A stretch of 63,519 nucleotides of DNA, the filler included, from Chiloscyllium plagiosum (lineage: Eukaryota), in assembly GCF_004010195.1 (NCBI RefSeq). It is 4 parts of one record of this genome, joined end to end, with 100 filler letters (N's around TTAATTAATTAA, not from the genome) between each part and the next. Parts side by side here need not be neighbours in the genome. Positions count along the whole stretch, not along the records: positions 1 to 22,118 come from NC_057710.1; positions 22,219 to 39,794 come from NC_057710.1; 2 more parts are not named here. The stretch is one strand, 5' to 3'. A program made the translations under genes and the position numbers. The notes beneath the pieces were generated by a model. The model made no database searches and had not been told where the DNA came from. It saw only the letters and a list, made by a program, of their open reading frames with translations. The first letter of the stretch is position 1; each line of letters starts with the position of its first letter. This document shows positions 12,413-24,509 of this stretch, in pieces.

Positions 12413-13964
12413 CTGAGAGACTGGGGTCATATGTGCAAGGGAGTCAGCCAAGTCTGCTATGTGCTGCGGGCTGTGTGACTTTCTAGCTTTGTGCCATTAC
12501 ATTGCTACTGAGGGGCAATGCCAGATTGCCAACTTGTCCAGGAGCACAACAGCCTTTCATAGATGGTGCAGGCACAAGGACTGTTAGCCTTTCAGCAGAT
12601 ATCCAGTGAGTGGAAGTTGTTCTGCGAATGGTAAGATGGAGCAGAAATTTGACACAAGAAGCACCTTAGGGGTATTGTAGGTCAATAATGAGGAAGGTTT
12701 GGTCAGATACAGTGAGACAACGCCCAGGTTTTGTGAGGAATGAGATTCCATGAAGCTGATTGCAACTCAGACTCAGCCAAAAACACATAAGACGCAGCTC
12801 GAAATCTCAGAAGCAGAAACATGAGAAGGAGAAGAAAGAAGGCTCATGCAAAGGTTGATGAGTCAGCCATGTTCCCTTCCCTCTGAGTACCTTTGTCAAA
12901 AGTGCTCTGGAGTAGTGCTGGCCCAGAGATGACAAGATTGGGAAATGTGCTGACCTTCTGTGGATGAGACTGCAGGTGACCATGGCCGACAATATTGAGC
13001 AGCACTGGAGCTTTTAGCCAGTATCCACAAGGGGACAGGAGGCACTCCAGACACAATTCCAAGGCAGCAGGATCGGATTGATGTGCAGACGTGGCAGTGG
13101 ATCTGGCATGACAGGCATTAAAAGGGGCAAAGGCAAATGGCAGAGATTGAGGGGTGATGTCGTTCAGTGAGGGGACAGCCCATTCTACTGACTATACTTC
13201 AGTGATCCTAATAATCTGTCTCATGAAAGGGCCGATCACTGGATTCCTCAGATGTGCTGCCAGTGCCCCTGGACACTGTAATCCACAGTCTTGCCTGCAG
13301 CAAAGTTAATACGCAGAACCCCAGTGTGTGTTCCCTCTGCAGCCGGAGAGTTGGTTGCCTATGATTGTGCTGCAGTGGGAGCTTCAATCATCTGAAACTG
13401 CACCAAGTTTGTGTTCCCACGTGTGTAAACAGGGTTAGTCATTGCTGGTAGCTGGCAAGTCTAGGATCCCATCTTTGCACTAAATTCGATGCTAAGTTGA
13501 CGCTAGACTCATCATTTTCTCTGACATCACTGCAAGCTTTTTGGCATGTTTACCAATGCACAAAGTATTTCATTTGCGCGCATCTTTTCCTGTAAGCTGC
13601 CCCATCAAATTGCTCATCTCTGTCCTCTCTTGTGAAACCTGTGTGTGACCTCATCTGCCAGTGATTTTCCACCTCAATATCCTTGCCTCTTGCCCTGGCT
13701 CCAGGACAGTCATGCCTGGTGCCTCACCATGTTTAGATCCCACCTCTCTACTCCCAAATTGAGTGATAGCCCCCCTTCCTCAGGATAGATTTCTTGCCGA
13801 ATCTACAAAATGCAGTCAGGCTGCACTGCTTTAATATCTAAAAAAAGGCAAAAGGATAAAGTTAACATGAGGGGAGGAAGGAAGGTGCACTCTTACAACC
13901 TCTGCAATGTATAAACCAAAAGAGATTGTGGGATGAGAAGGGAAGTGCAGTTGACAATGATGAG

Positions 13965-14180
13965 GGTTCTCTCCTTTACAATAGTTTCAGCCCCAGCTCC
14001 TCAGGGCTTGACTCTTGGCACTAACTTCCACAACAATCTGATCCCATTGCCTTGTAAAGAGAGCCTCCTTCTCTCTTGTGTACACAGGATGTTCCCACTC
14101 CTTACCCATCACCTCCACCAAGGCTTCAGTGAAACACCCAAAAATCTCAGAGCACGCTCTCATCCATTTGTACCATTATT
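13965..14180 (-). pseudogene. Degenerate Myb/SANT-like (Harbinger ORF2-type) fragment
   Basis: Minus translation with frameshifts: 'RALRF...EALVEV...RQWDQIVVEVSAKSQALRSW', like the trihelix motif 'R.PRF....LE.L...W..IA..V.A.S...RSW.QC.K'. Confidence 0.5.
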
Positions 14181-14387
14181 TTGTGTTTATAAGTCAGCTT
14201 CATTTCCACCATTAGTGCCGGAACCTGCCATAATACACCTTCCCTGCAAGCAGTGCAAGTTAGATTGAAGTGGTGTTAGCCATATTGATTACCCAGTGCA
14301 GAATTCTAGCTAACTAACAGGGTGGTCTGCTGGATCCTGGAATCTTCAAAATGAGTGGGAAGCACAATATGGATGTGACCTTCCATC

Positions 14388-14680
14388 ATAGAATCCCTAC
14401 AGTGTGGAAGCAGGCCATTTGGCCCATCAAGCCCACATTGACTCTCCAAAGAGCATCCCACCCAGATGCAACCCCATGCCCTATAACACTGCATTTCCCA
14501 TGGCTATTATATCTAACCTGCACATCTTCAGACTGCAGGAGGAAACTGGAGCACCCGGAGGAATCCCACACAGACACGGGGAGAACATGCAAACTCCACA
14601 CGGACAGTCACTTGAGGGGGGAGTTGAGCCTGGGTCCCTGGCCTTGTGGGACATCAGTGCTCACCACTGTGCCACTCTGT
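14388..14680 (-). mobile_element. HE1-like SINE
   Basis: Matches the other copies. Confidence 0.8.
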
Positions 14681-14699
14681 GAGTTAATTATTCATCACA

Positions 14700-14785
14700 G
14701 GGACCATCTCGTGGTGCAGTGTTGGTGTCCCTTCTCCTTGACCAGGAGCCCCAGGTTCAAGTCTTACTTGCTCCAGAGGTCGATT
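14700..14785 (+). mobile_element. Short tRNA-derived SINE-like repeat (related copies ~20660-20755 + and ~23205-23290 -)
   Basis: A-box-like tggtgcagtg and B-box-like ggttcaagtc followed by cctgctccagag; shared by three loci. Confidence 0.5.
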
Positions 14786-15070
14786 ACGAAAATAGGTTAT
14801 TTTTTTTTAAAAGCACTGCAGTCACCATACCTATTTTCAAAGCTAACTGAGATGGGGTAGCTGTCCATATTGAGCACTCAGACTGCAAGCATACAGCTTT
14901 GGAACAGCACCTCACAACTTTTGGAATCTGTCTCCAGCTGAAGTCGCCCACTTTACACCTCTCCTTTTGGAGGCAGGAAATTTAATTCAAATTTACCACA
15001 AATTTAGTACAATGAAGAGGCAACATAAATGTCCCCACCTCAACAACTGGGGAATCCACTATGTCAGTGT

Positions 15071-15368
15071 AGATTAGATTAGATTCCCTACAATGTGGAA
15101 ACAGGCCCTTCGGCCCAACAAGTCCACACCGACCCTCTTAAGAGTAGCCTACCCAGTTCCATTTCCCTCTGACTAATGCACCTAACACTATGGGCAATTT
15201 AGCATGACCAATTCACCTGACCTTCACATCTTTAGACTTGTGGGAGGAACCCCACACAGACACGGGGAGAACGTGCACACTCCACACAGACAGTCACCCG
15301 AGGCTGGAATTGAACTCAGGACCCTGGTGCTGTGAGGCAGCAGAGCTAACCACTGAGCCACTGTGCCG
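15071..15368 (-). mobile_element. HE1-like SINE
   Basis: Matches the other copies; (attag)n tail. Confidence 0.85.
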
Positions 15369-15785
15369 TAAAGGCAAGACTGAAGCATTTGCATCTATTC
15401 TCAGCCAGAAGTGCCAAGTGAATGATCCATCTCAGTCTCCTTCTGAGCCCCCAACATCGCAGAGGCCAACCCACCCACCATGATGTCAAGAAGTGGCTGA
15501 AGAGGCCATGGGTCTTAATAACATTTAAGCAATTATACTGAAGGCCTACGGTCTAGACCCATCCGTACCCCAACTACGTCATCCCAATGCAGTTATAGTA
15601 CTGCCTGATAATGTGGAAAATTGCCCAAACATGTCCAATGCACAGAGAGCGGGTCACATCTAATCCAGCCAATTACTCCCCTATGAGTCTAATCGATTGC
15701 CAGCAAAGTGATGATCAGTGCTATCAAGTGGCACTTTTAAAGGAACAACTTGTTCACTGACTCTGAGTTTGGACTCTACGACAGC
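15369..15785 (+). mobile_element. Fragment of the second CR1-superfamily LINE family
   Basis: Similar to 32030-33400 (aaggctgaagcatttg...gaaaattgcccag...ccaattaccgccccatcagtct). Confidence 0.6.
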
Positions 15786-15959
15786 TTCTCAGTTTACAGA
15801 TTACAATTGTACTCTTATTGCATGTTTCTCTATTCTCTTGTTTAATGCATTTCCTTACATATCCTCTACTGTTCAGGAACCTACTGACAATCCCATCAAC
15901 ATTTTCTGTCCCTTGTTGTTTCTTGTCTCTGTTTATACTGATTCCATGTCATGATTTTT

Positions 15960-16230
15960 GGAGCCAATCTCAGTAATGCCTGCTCCTTTACTAATGTCTT
16001 TTTCCTATTTGTCTGTCCTTCCTAAATGTGTTCAGTTCCCATCCTTGGTCAATCCTCAGCCATGTCTCAATAAATGTAACTATATTGTAAAGATGTACAT
16101 ATAATTGCACTGTTAATCCATTTACTTTATTGTGAATGTTCAATGCATTAAGGCACGTCTTTAGATTTGTCTTTTTAACATTAATCATCTTAGCTTTATT
16201 TTTGCACTATGGCTTCATTTGTTTTTCATC
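15960..16230 (-). mobile_element. CR1 ORF2 endonuclease N-terminal fragment
   Basis: 'CLNALNIHNKV...IETWL...GWELN..RKDRQ'. Confidence 0.7.
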
Positions 16231-16759
16231 TTTTTATTCTGCCTTCAACCTTTGCTGTCTTTCATTTATAGTTTTTAAGGGTTGAGGCTTATAAAGATTG
16301 AACTCTTTCATTTTTCTGTATTTTTGATTGTGGGTTGAAATGTGAAAAAAATCATTTTAAAATCTAAGGTATGCTGAAAGGTTGTTTCACTTTTTAAATA
16401 GCTGGCCTGCATTATAACTGTTGTTTACACAGCTGCTAATCAAGCTATAGCGGAGGCCTGGGTACAGATGACCTGGAGCCAGGGGACTGTGTGTAAATGG
16501 AGTTTCATCCAGTTAAAAAATAGCTGATGGTCTATGGACCAGTGACCAGTAAATGATGACAAAGGCTTTCTGCCTGCCAATACCTATATGATTTGCTTAC
16601 AAATAGCTGAACAGCTTGGGAGTATGAGTATTAGCAGAAACGATTGGTTTTCTGGAAGGGAAGAGTCTTCAGTAAATATCGTCTCAACTTTAATATAGCC
16701 AATTTATTTCCCCTCATCAGTTGCTGCAAACTGTGAATTTTAATAAATAAGATCTTTAT

Positions 16760-17480
16760 GAGTATGACAGGCAGGAGGCTGGAAGAACACAGCAAGGCAG
16801 GCAAAATTAGGAACTGCAGAAGTTGACATTTCGGGGAGGGGCTGGGAAGGGAGTCAGAAATGGGAGGGAGGTTATTTGAAATTGGAGAACTCAGTGTTGA
16901 GTCCTCTGGGCTGTAGAGTGGCCAGGCAGAAGATGAGGCCTTGTTCTTCCAATTTGCAGTTGGGTTTGTTTTGGCAATGGAGGAAACCAAGGATGGTGCT
17001 GTTGGAAAGGGAGTGGTTGGGGGAATTGAAATGAGCAGTGACTGGGAGGTCCGGTCAGCCCCTGCAGACTCGGCTGAGACGCTCGGTTAAACGTTCTCTA
17101 GGTTTACGTTCGGTCTCCCCGATGTAGAGAAGACCGCATCGGGAGCACCTGATGCAGTAAACTAGGTTGGAAGAGAGGGCAGGTGAACCCCCTCCCTCCC
17201 ACACCCTTCCCCTGCTTCCTGCCACCAACCGGATTCATTCCTTCCACTGACCAACCAGGTCGTACCCTCTACCTGTCTTCACCTATCCCCACCTCACCAT
17301 TCTGCCCCTGCAACCCCCTTTATCTCCAGCTCCTCCCACACCTACCCGCAGCCCTGAAGCAGGGTTGCACCCGAAACATTGACTTCCCCACCTCCTGAGG
17401 CTGCCTGCCTTGCTGTGTTCTTCCAGCCTCCTGCCTGTCTACTTTGGATTCCAGCATCCGCAGCGGGTTTTTTTCGTCTT
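16760..17480. mobile_element. Penelope-like fragment: minus-strand GIY-YIG end plus an inverted pLTR on the plus strand
   Basis: Minus 'NLVYCIRCSRCGLLYIGET'; 16765-16835 is the inverted copy of 17370-17440; degenerate hammerhead at 17354-17380. Confidence 0.8.
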
Positions 17481-17529
17481 TATAAGTATGAACCGGGTAC
17501 CCTATGCCTCCTGCAACAAAAATAAAAGA

Positions 17530-18132
17530 ATTGGAGAAGGAAGATGGAGAAGTAGCAGTTCCGCAAATCTACAGGGCCTTCGTGAGACCACATCTGGAAT
17601 ATTATGTGCAGTTTTGGTCTCCTTACCTGAAGAAGGATGTTCTTTCTACAGAGGGAGTTCAGCAAATATTTACCAGACTGATTCCTCTGATTCCTGGGAT
17701 TGTGGGACTGACATATGAGGAGAGGTTGCACCAGCTAGGATTGTGTTCACTGAACTTCAAAAGAATGAGGGGAATCTTATCGAAACCTAGAAAGTTCTAA
17801 CAAGACAAGATAGGGTAAATGCAGAAAATGACAGAGGGGTCCAGAACCAAGGGTCAAGGCTAAGGAGTCAGGGTCAGCCTGAGAACTGAGGTAAGGAGAA
17901 ATATCTTCACCCAGAGAGTGGTGAGCCTGTGGAATTTGCTACCACAGAAAGCAGTTGAGACCAAACCATTGTATGATTTCAAAAAGGAATTAGAACCAGC
18001 ACTTGGGGCTAAAGAGATCAAAAGCTACACCGGAAAATTGGCAATAAGCTTTTGAGTTGGATGGTCAACCGTGAATGGCAGAACAGGCTCAAAGGGCCAA
18101 ATGGCCTAATCTTACTCCTATTTCCTATGTTT
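17530..18132 (+). mobile_element. CR1 3' fragment
   Basis: 'YRAFVRPHLEYYVQFWSPYLKKD'. Confidence 0.85.
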
Positions 18133-18459
18133 CTTTATTTGATAAGTAAAGAATAATCTCAGCAAACCCTGTAGACAGAGACCACTCAAAAGCCTTCCTC
18201 ATCTTTTTTCTGTGCATCGCACCTATTTTGATTTGTGCCTGTCCATATGTGTGGGTTGAACTAGTATTTATGTGTCAATGGTTCATAATTGTTTGTTTGT
18301 AACTAGAAACTATTTATTTGTAATGAATAGTCATCCTTGTGCAGGGCAGAAATTAGTCTGTGCTTTCTGCCAAACAGGGTCTCACGGTCAGGTCATTTGG
18401 GGGATTCCGCAAAGTTTTAAAATATTTATCTTTTGTGATAACTCTGAAAATAGCAGAGC

Positions 18460-19200
18460 TTGATTTCCAGAGTGCTACCCCCACGAGGTGTAGCACTACT
18501 CTTTGATTTACCACATCTTCCCGAATTTGATACCACACCTCCAATATTTAGGTTAAAGTCCTCTCTACTGCCTTAACTATGCAGCTTGCAAGAATATTGG
18601 CCCCCGCACAGTTCAGGCGGGCACCAACATAACACTGCAGATCCTACTTTCCCTAGTTTTGGTACCGGTGCCCCATGAACCAGACCCACATCTCCCACAC
18701 CAGTCTTTCATGTGCATATCATCTCTCGCGTCAGATTGGCCCTTACATCAATTTGCATGTAGCTCAGATAATAGTTTGGAGATAATAAACTTTGAGGTTA
18801 TGCTTCTTAATTTGGCAGTGGGATCCTCACACTGGCTATATCGATCCTCTTTCTTTACCCTGCCAATGCTGTTGGCACCGACATGTACTCCAACAGCAAG
18901 ATCCTCCCACCTCCACAGCAAATTCCTCTTTAGCCGTGAGCAAATATCCAACCGATAGTTTGTCAGACTTTTCTATTGAACTGAACTCAATAAGTGTCCT
19001 AGCCTTGCCTTGTACCTGGGCAGACAACTCTGCTGTCAGATCTCACATTGTTTGCTGCAGAGAACTGTGTCAATCTCTCTGACTATACTGCCGCCTAAAT
19101 TCACTGGCACCTAGGAGCTCCAGTATGCTGCAGATGTGACATTTGGTCTGTCCTACCATCCTTAATGCGTTCTAATTAACTGCTTAATTATTTATTCATT
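18460..19200 (-). mobile_element. CR1 ORF1 (esterase) fragment
   Basis: 'VGVHVGANSIGR...KLRSITSKFIISKLL'. Confidence 0.7.
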
Positions 19201-19298
19201 GAAGTATTTACTCATGTCTGTTATATATTTTGTTGACTTTACCACTAGTTGTTATAGTATGTTGAACCTTGGGAATAGAATATACCTTAGTTACTTCA

Positions 19299-19643
19299 AA
19301 GTTTGGGTGAAGATTTGTAGCTCGGGTGCTTGTTGTTGTGGTTCTGTTCGCCGAGCTGGAAGTTTTTGTTGCAAACGTTTCGTCCCCTGGCTAGGCGACA
19401 TCATCAGTGCTGGGTACCCAATATACCAACCACGACAGCGGACAGCTGAAACTGACAACCAGAAGCGGCAGGGACAGACCACTATAAACACCGGAGGAAA
19501 CATCAAAGAAGCGCTTCGCAGGAGGCTCCCAAGCACTGATGATGCCGCCTAGCCAGGGGACGAAACGTTTGCAACAAAAACTTCCAACTCGGCGAACAGA
19601 ACCACAACAACGAGCACCCGAGCTACAAATCTTCACACAAACT
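19299..19643. mobile_element. Penelope-like pLTR as an inverted repeat (~112-bp arms), each arm with a hammerhead core
   Basis: 19299-19411 is the reverse complement of 19532-19643 with few mismatches. Confidence 0.85.
19533..19572 (+). ncRNA. Minimal hammerhead ribozyme, family B (mirror copy 19371-19410 -)
   Basis: gca-CTGATGA-t-g(c/t)cgcctagccaggggac-GAAAC-GTT-tgc; stem I gca/tgc, palindromic ACGT. Confidence 0.7.
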
Positions 19644-19678
19644 TNNNNNNNNNNNNNNNNNNNNNNNNNNNNNNNNNN

Positions 19679-20092
19679 GAGGTGCTCCTGATGTATGGTA
19701 GTGTGGCTAGTCCTTTTGGTTGTGGTATGTCCTCGTTCCGTGGTCTTTCTCTTAGGCATCTGTTGTTGAAGTTGCGCGGGTATCCGTTTTTGGTGAATAC
19801 CTTGTATAGGTGTTCCTCTTCTTTTTGCAGTTTTGGTGTACTGCAGTGTGTTGTGGCCCTTTTGAATAGTGTCCTGATGCAGGAAATAGAAAAAACACAC
19901 CGGATCATCAATGCCACACTCACAGGAATCCGATTCACAAGAGAAGAAGAAAAGGACAACCAACTCCCATTCCTAGACGTGATGGTACAGAGAACACCGA
20001 ACGGAGAATTCACTACAAGGGTATACAGGAAAGCCACACACACAGACCAAGTCCTAAACTATGAAAGTAACCACCCCAACACACACAAATGA
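19679..20092. mobile_element. Penelope RT C-terminal fragments joined in inverted orientation (switch at ~19875)
   Basis: Plus 'IRFTREEEKDNQLPFLDV...TRVYRKATHTDQVLNYESNHP'; minus 'IRTLFKRATTHCS...VFTKNGYP...TLPYI'. Confidence 0.85.
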
Positions 20093-20960
20093 AGCTACCA
20101 TTTGGTAAGAGTATGAATCAATTCCTGGAGGCCAAAAGAAGTTAGAAACATGGAACTGAATGGAGTACCTCTTTCCCTTCAACGCCTAACTCCCTTCATC
20201 ACCCAAATCCAGCATTCTACTGCAAGTTGCACAAAGTTGACAAGTTATAGAGGGACCACTGCAAGCTGCTTCTCTGATTAATTGAGGCCACCTGTTCTTC
20301 AAGTGGAGGCCTTTCCAGTCCCTCTGCCCTTGCAGTTTTCACACTGTCCATTGCCTCCACTATGTCTGATCCAACCGATAGTTTGTCAGACTTTTCTATT
20401 GAACTGAACTCAGTAAGTGTCCTAGCCTTGCCTTGTATCTCTGAGCGTATATCATCACGTTTATCCCTAATTGGATATACCTTTTACGTGCTGGTAGAAG
20501 ATGTTTGGGTTCCTTTTACGTTAACTGCCACTCTACACTCATACTCCGTCTTTGCCTGCTTTATTTTCCTCTTGACCTCCCATCACAACCTATTGTACTT
20601 GACCTTCTGTTCACTTGAAGAATTCACCTGCTATGCACCAGGCACCTCCAATTACTGTTTCTGTCTGGTGTAGTGGCCCCACCTCTGCTCTGGGAAGCCC
20701 TGGTTCAAGCCCCACCTGCTCCAGAAATGTGTGATAATATCTCTGAATGGAGGGATTAAAAATGCAAAGATAAAGATTGTTTTATCATATTCTCCCTCTC
20801 TCTCTCCCTCATTATCAAAGAAGTCTTGTTTTTGATGCTCTTTGGCTACATGAGTGAACAACTTACCATCTTACTGTTACTTTGGTAACAGAACACAAGC
20901 AGGTTTTAAATGTTTGATATTTCTGATTCGAAGATGCCGGTGTTGGACTGGGGTTGTACA

Positions 20961-21149
20961 AAGTTAAAAATCACACAGCACCAGGTTATAGTTCAACAGG
21001 TTTAATTGGAAGCACTAGCTTTCGGAACGCTGCTCCTTCATCAGGTGGTTGTGGAGTATGAACACTTGATGAAGGAGCAGCGCTCCGAAAGCTAGTGCTT
21101 CCAATTAAACCTATTGGACCATAACCTGGTGTTGTGTGATTTTTAACTT
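20961..21149. repeat. Hairpin of two PLE terminal-repeat arms (87 bp each, 15-bp spacer), each with a hammerhead core (family C)
   Basis: 20961-21047 is the reverse complement of 21063-21149 with ~6 mismatches; core cac-CTGATGA-a-GGAGC-agc-GCTCC-GAAAG-CTA-gtg. Confidence 0.9.
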
Positions 21150-21535
21150 GATATTTCTGGACATTGCTAATTTTCAGCAGTCAGGGTCATTTTGGGGGTG
21201 TGCCTCCATTCACAGCAGCAGCTTATCTCCCAGAGCGTTTTATTGCAAAGTACAGTCTGAGACCTGCAGATATTCTGTCATCAAGCTCTTCAGAGACGTT
21301 ATTACACAGTGTGGGATACTACCATTATGCCACAAAACCATGCACCCCCATCAGTATCTTCTATGGGAGAGGCCCAGTTAAGAAGCAGTCCCTGGAGTCA
21401 CCATTCAGTAAGGGACATAGAGTGGATTGTGGAGATGGAAGTGTGAGTCAGCATGTGAAACTGCAAGGCTGATCATACAGGGACTGCATTCAGTGACAGT
21501 GCTGGTGGTCTCCGCCTCCAAGCTTACTTTCACAA

Positions 21536-22118
21536 TCAGGATTCCCGCCCACCTTCCGAGGACCCCTTCGCCCACCTCCAGCACACTGCGTCCACCTGGA
21601 CACCCCGCGCTGGCCTATTACCTGCCCTCGACCTCTTCATTTTCAACTGCCGCCGGGACATTAACCGCCTCAACCTGTCTACCCCCCTCCCCCACTCCAA
21701 CCTCTCACCCTCACAACGGCAGCCCTCCAATCCCTCTGCTCCAATCCCAACCTCACCATCAAGCCAGCGGATAAAGGGGGCGCAGTAGTAGTCTGGCGCA
21801 CTGACCTCCACACCGCTGAAGCCAAACGCCAACTCGAGGACACCTCTTCCTACTGCCACCTCGACCATGACCCCATCCCCTCATCACCAAACCATCACCT
21901 CAGGAGATCTCCCACCCACAGCTTCCAACCTCATAGTCCGGGAACCCCGCACTGCCCGGTTCTACCTCCTTCCCAAAATCCACAAGCCTGACCACCCTGG
22001 CCGACCCATTGTCTCAGCATGCTCCTGCCCCACTGAACTCATCTCTACCTACCTCGACACTGTCCTATCCCCCCTAGTCCAGGAACTCCCCACATACATT
22101 CGAGACACCACCCACGCC
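21536..22118 (+). mobile_element. Penelope-like reverse transcriptase fragment
   Basis: '[11 protein letters not shown]' and '[34 protein letters not shown]'. Confidence 0.9.
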
Positions 22119-22218
22119 NNNNNNNNNNNNNNNNNNNNNNNNNNNNNNNNNNNNNNNNNNNNTTAATTAATTAANNNNNNNNNNNNNNNNNNNNNNNNNN
22201 NNNNNNNNNNNNNNNNNN
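22119..22218. other. Assembly gap with artificial linker (also 39795-39894 and 56378-56477)
   Basis: N44-TTAATTAATTAA-N44 occurs three times. Confidence 0.95.
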
Positions 22219-22860
22219 CGGGCATAAGCCCTCCATCAGGAATAAGGTTGGTGGGCAGGGGGAGCCTGAGAGATAAATGAGAGGGGGTCGGGTGGGGGGG
22301 TAATGCTGGGGCTGGGGGGAAGGGAGCTGAGAATGCTGTAGGTAGATGAAGATGGGGGAGAAGGTGATAGGTCAGAGAGGACAGTGGAGGGGATAGATGG
22401 GAAAGATGGTGGACAGTCAAGAGGGCGCTGCCGGGTTGGAGACTTGGGATTGGAATAAGGTGGGGGGGAGGGGAAATGAGGAAACTGATGAAGGTGGTCC
22501 TGCTTTGCGACCCTGCAACACCACTGGATTAATGTAGATTTCACTAATTTCCTCATTTCCCCATCTCCCACCTCTCCCAGTCCCAAGCCTCCATCTTGGC
22601 ACTGCCCTCTTGACTTGTCTATCACCTTTCTCAACAATCCGCTCCACCCTCCTCTCCGACCATCCACCATCTCCCCAACCTTCATCTACCTATTACATTC
22701 TCAGCTCCCTTCCCCCTAGCCCTACCCCCCTCCCATTTATCTCTCAGCTCTCTCAGCCCACTAGCCCCATTCCTGATGAAGGGCTTATGCCCGAAACGTC
22801 GATTCTCCTGCTCCTCGGATGCTGCCTGACCTGCTGTGTTTTTCCAGCACCACACCCTCA
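22219..22860. mobile_element. Inverted pair of Penelope pLTR segments
   Basis: G-rich arm 22219-22490 mirrors C-rich arm ~22535-22800. Confidence 0.8.
22771..22802 (+). ncRNA. Minimal hammerhead ribozyme, family A, intact core
   Basis: tc-CTGATGA-a-GGGC-ttat-GCCC-GAAAC-GTC-ga; predicted cleavage after GUC. Confidence 0.8.
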
Positions 22861-23544
22861 ACCCCCATATTTGCTGTGTCCACCATCAACCTGTATGCAT
22901 TAATGACAAAGAAGTAGCAGGATATTTAAACAATCATAATACTGCCAAACAGAATCACTCTGGATCTTTTAAAGAAGGGAAATAGTGTTTAACAAAGTCA
23001 AGTTCTTTCAGAAAGCAGGGTAGATATGGGAATTAATCGATGTAGTGCATTTGGATTGTGAAAAACCATTTGATGAGATTTCACGGAAAACGTTCAGCGT
23101 ACAACAGATTGTATTTTTCCAAACACTTAGCTATCAATTTTCTGGGAGTTTTGTGGAGGTTTTCACTCCATGTCTCCAAGCAACAATTTTAGATATTTTC
23201 TAATCAACCCGCTCAGAGATCTTATCACACACGTCTAGAGGAGGTGGGATTTGAACCTTAGCTTTTTGGTCCAGAGGTACTGACACTGAGATTCCCCCTC
23301 CCCGCTGCTGTAGTTTTATGTTGTTCACTTCATTAACTACGCATCCTACCTCCACAGTGCCACAGTGCCCTCAGAGGTAGTGCAGGTGCAAAGCTGATGT
23401 CAGCACTTCCCAGCATTCCACTGCTGGCACCATACTTAAATCGTAGCTGAGCACTATTACAAACACCGCCAACCAGAAATGGCCCTTCATGGTTCATTTT
23501 GTTGAACAACTGTGAAGGAGATCTCTGACAGAGACAGATTGACA

Positions 23545-24445
23545 AAGCATCTCATCCACATCCCGCACCTCCGCCCTCGAACTCTGCTCCTCCAACTGTA
23601 ACAAGGACAGAACCCCCCTCGGTCCTCACCTTCCACCCCACCAAGCTTCGCATAAACCGACACCTCCAAACGGACCCCACCACCAGGAATATATTAAATG
23701 ACATTGTTGGTTGTGCTGGTAAAGCTTTAATAGATGTGGAAGGCCCTTTTGGGACCTTGGATGGAAGTGAGGGGGGGGCTGTGGGCACAGGTTTTGCAAT
23801 TCCTGTGGTGGCAGGGGAAGGTGCCAGGAGGGGAGGGTAGGTTGTTGAGGGGCGTGGACCTGACCAGGTAGTCACGGAGGGAGCTGTCTTTGCGGAAAGC
23901 AGAAAAGTATGGGGAGGTGAATATATCCCTAGTGGTGGGGTCTGTTTGGAGGTGGTGGAACTGTTGGCGGATGATGCAGTTTATGCAAAGGTAGGTGAGG
24001 ACCAGGGGGTCTGTCTTTGTTACGGTTGGAGGGGTGGGATTTGAGGGCGGGGTGCGAGATGTGGATGAGATGTGTTGGAGGGCATCTTCAACCATGTGGG
24101 AAGGGAAATTGCGGTCTTTAAAGGAGGAGACCATTTGATGTGTTCTGTGGTGGAACTGGTCCTGCTGGGAGCAGATACGGTGGAGGCGGAGCAATTGAGA
24201 ATACGGGATAGCATTTTTGCAGGAGGTAGGGTCTCTGACCTATCACCTTCATCCCCACCCCCATCCACCTGTTGTACTCTTTGCTACCTTCTCCCCACCC
24301 CCAATCCCTCCCATTTATCTCTCCACCCTGGAGGATCCCTGCCTTCATTCCTGATGAAGGGCTTTTGGCCGAAACGTCGATTTTCCTGCTCCTCAGATGC
24401 TGCCTGACCTGCTGTGCTTTTCCAGCACCTCTCTAATCTAGACTC
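23545..24445. mobile_element. Rearranged Penelope-like fragments plus pLTR with hammerhead core (24349-24380)
   Basis: Minus ORF 'LRLHRICS...LRDYLVRS...GTFPCHHRNCKTCAH'; CTGATGAagggcttttggccGAAACGTC. Confidence 0.8.
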
Positions 24446-24509
24446 TTGACTGCCTTCTGCAAGACGCTCAGTTGTAATAATTGCTATGAAGTCTCGAAAA
24501 ATAAACACA

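Noticed and set aside
23352..23368. CACAGTG heptamers (possible RSS; also ~1700, ~3153, ~4090)
   Set aside because: No nonamer seen at 12/23 spacing and no V, D or J segment.
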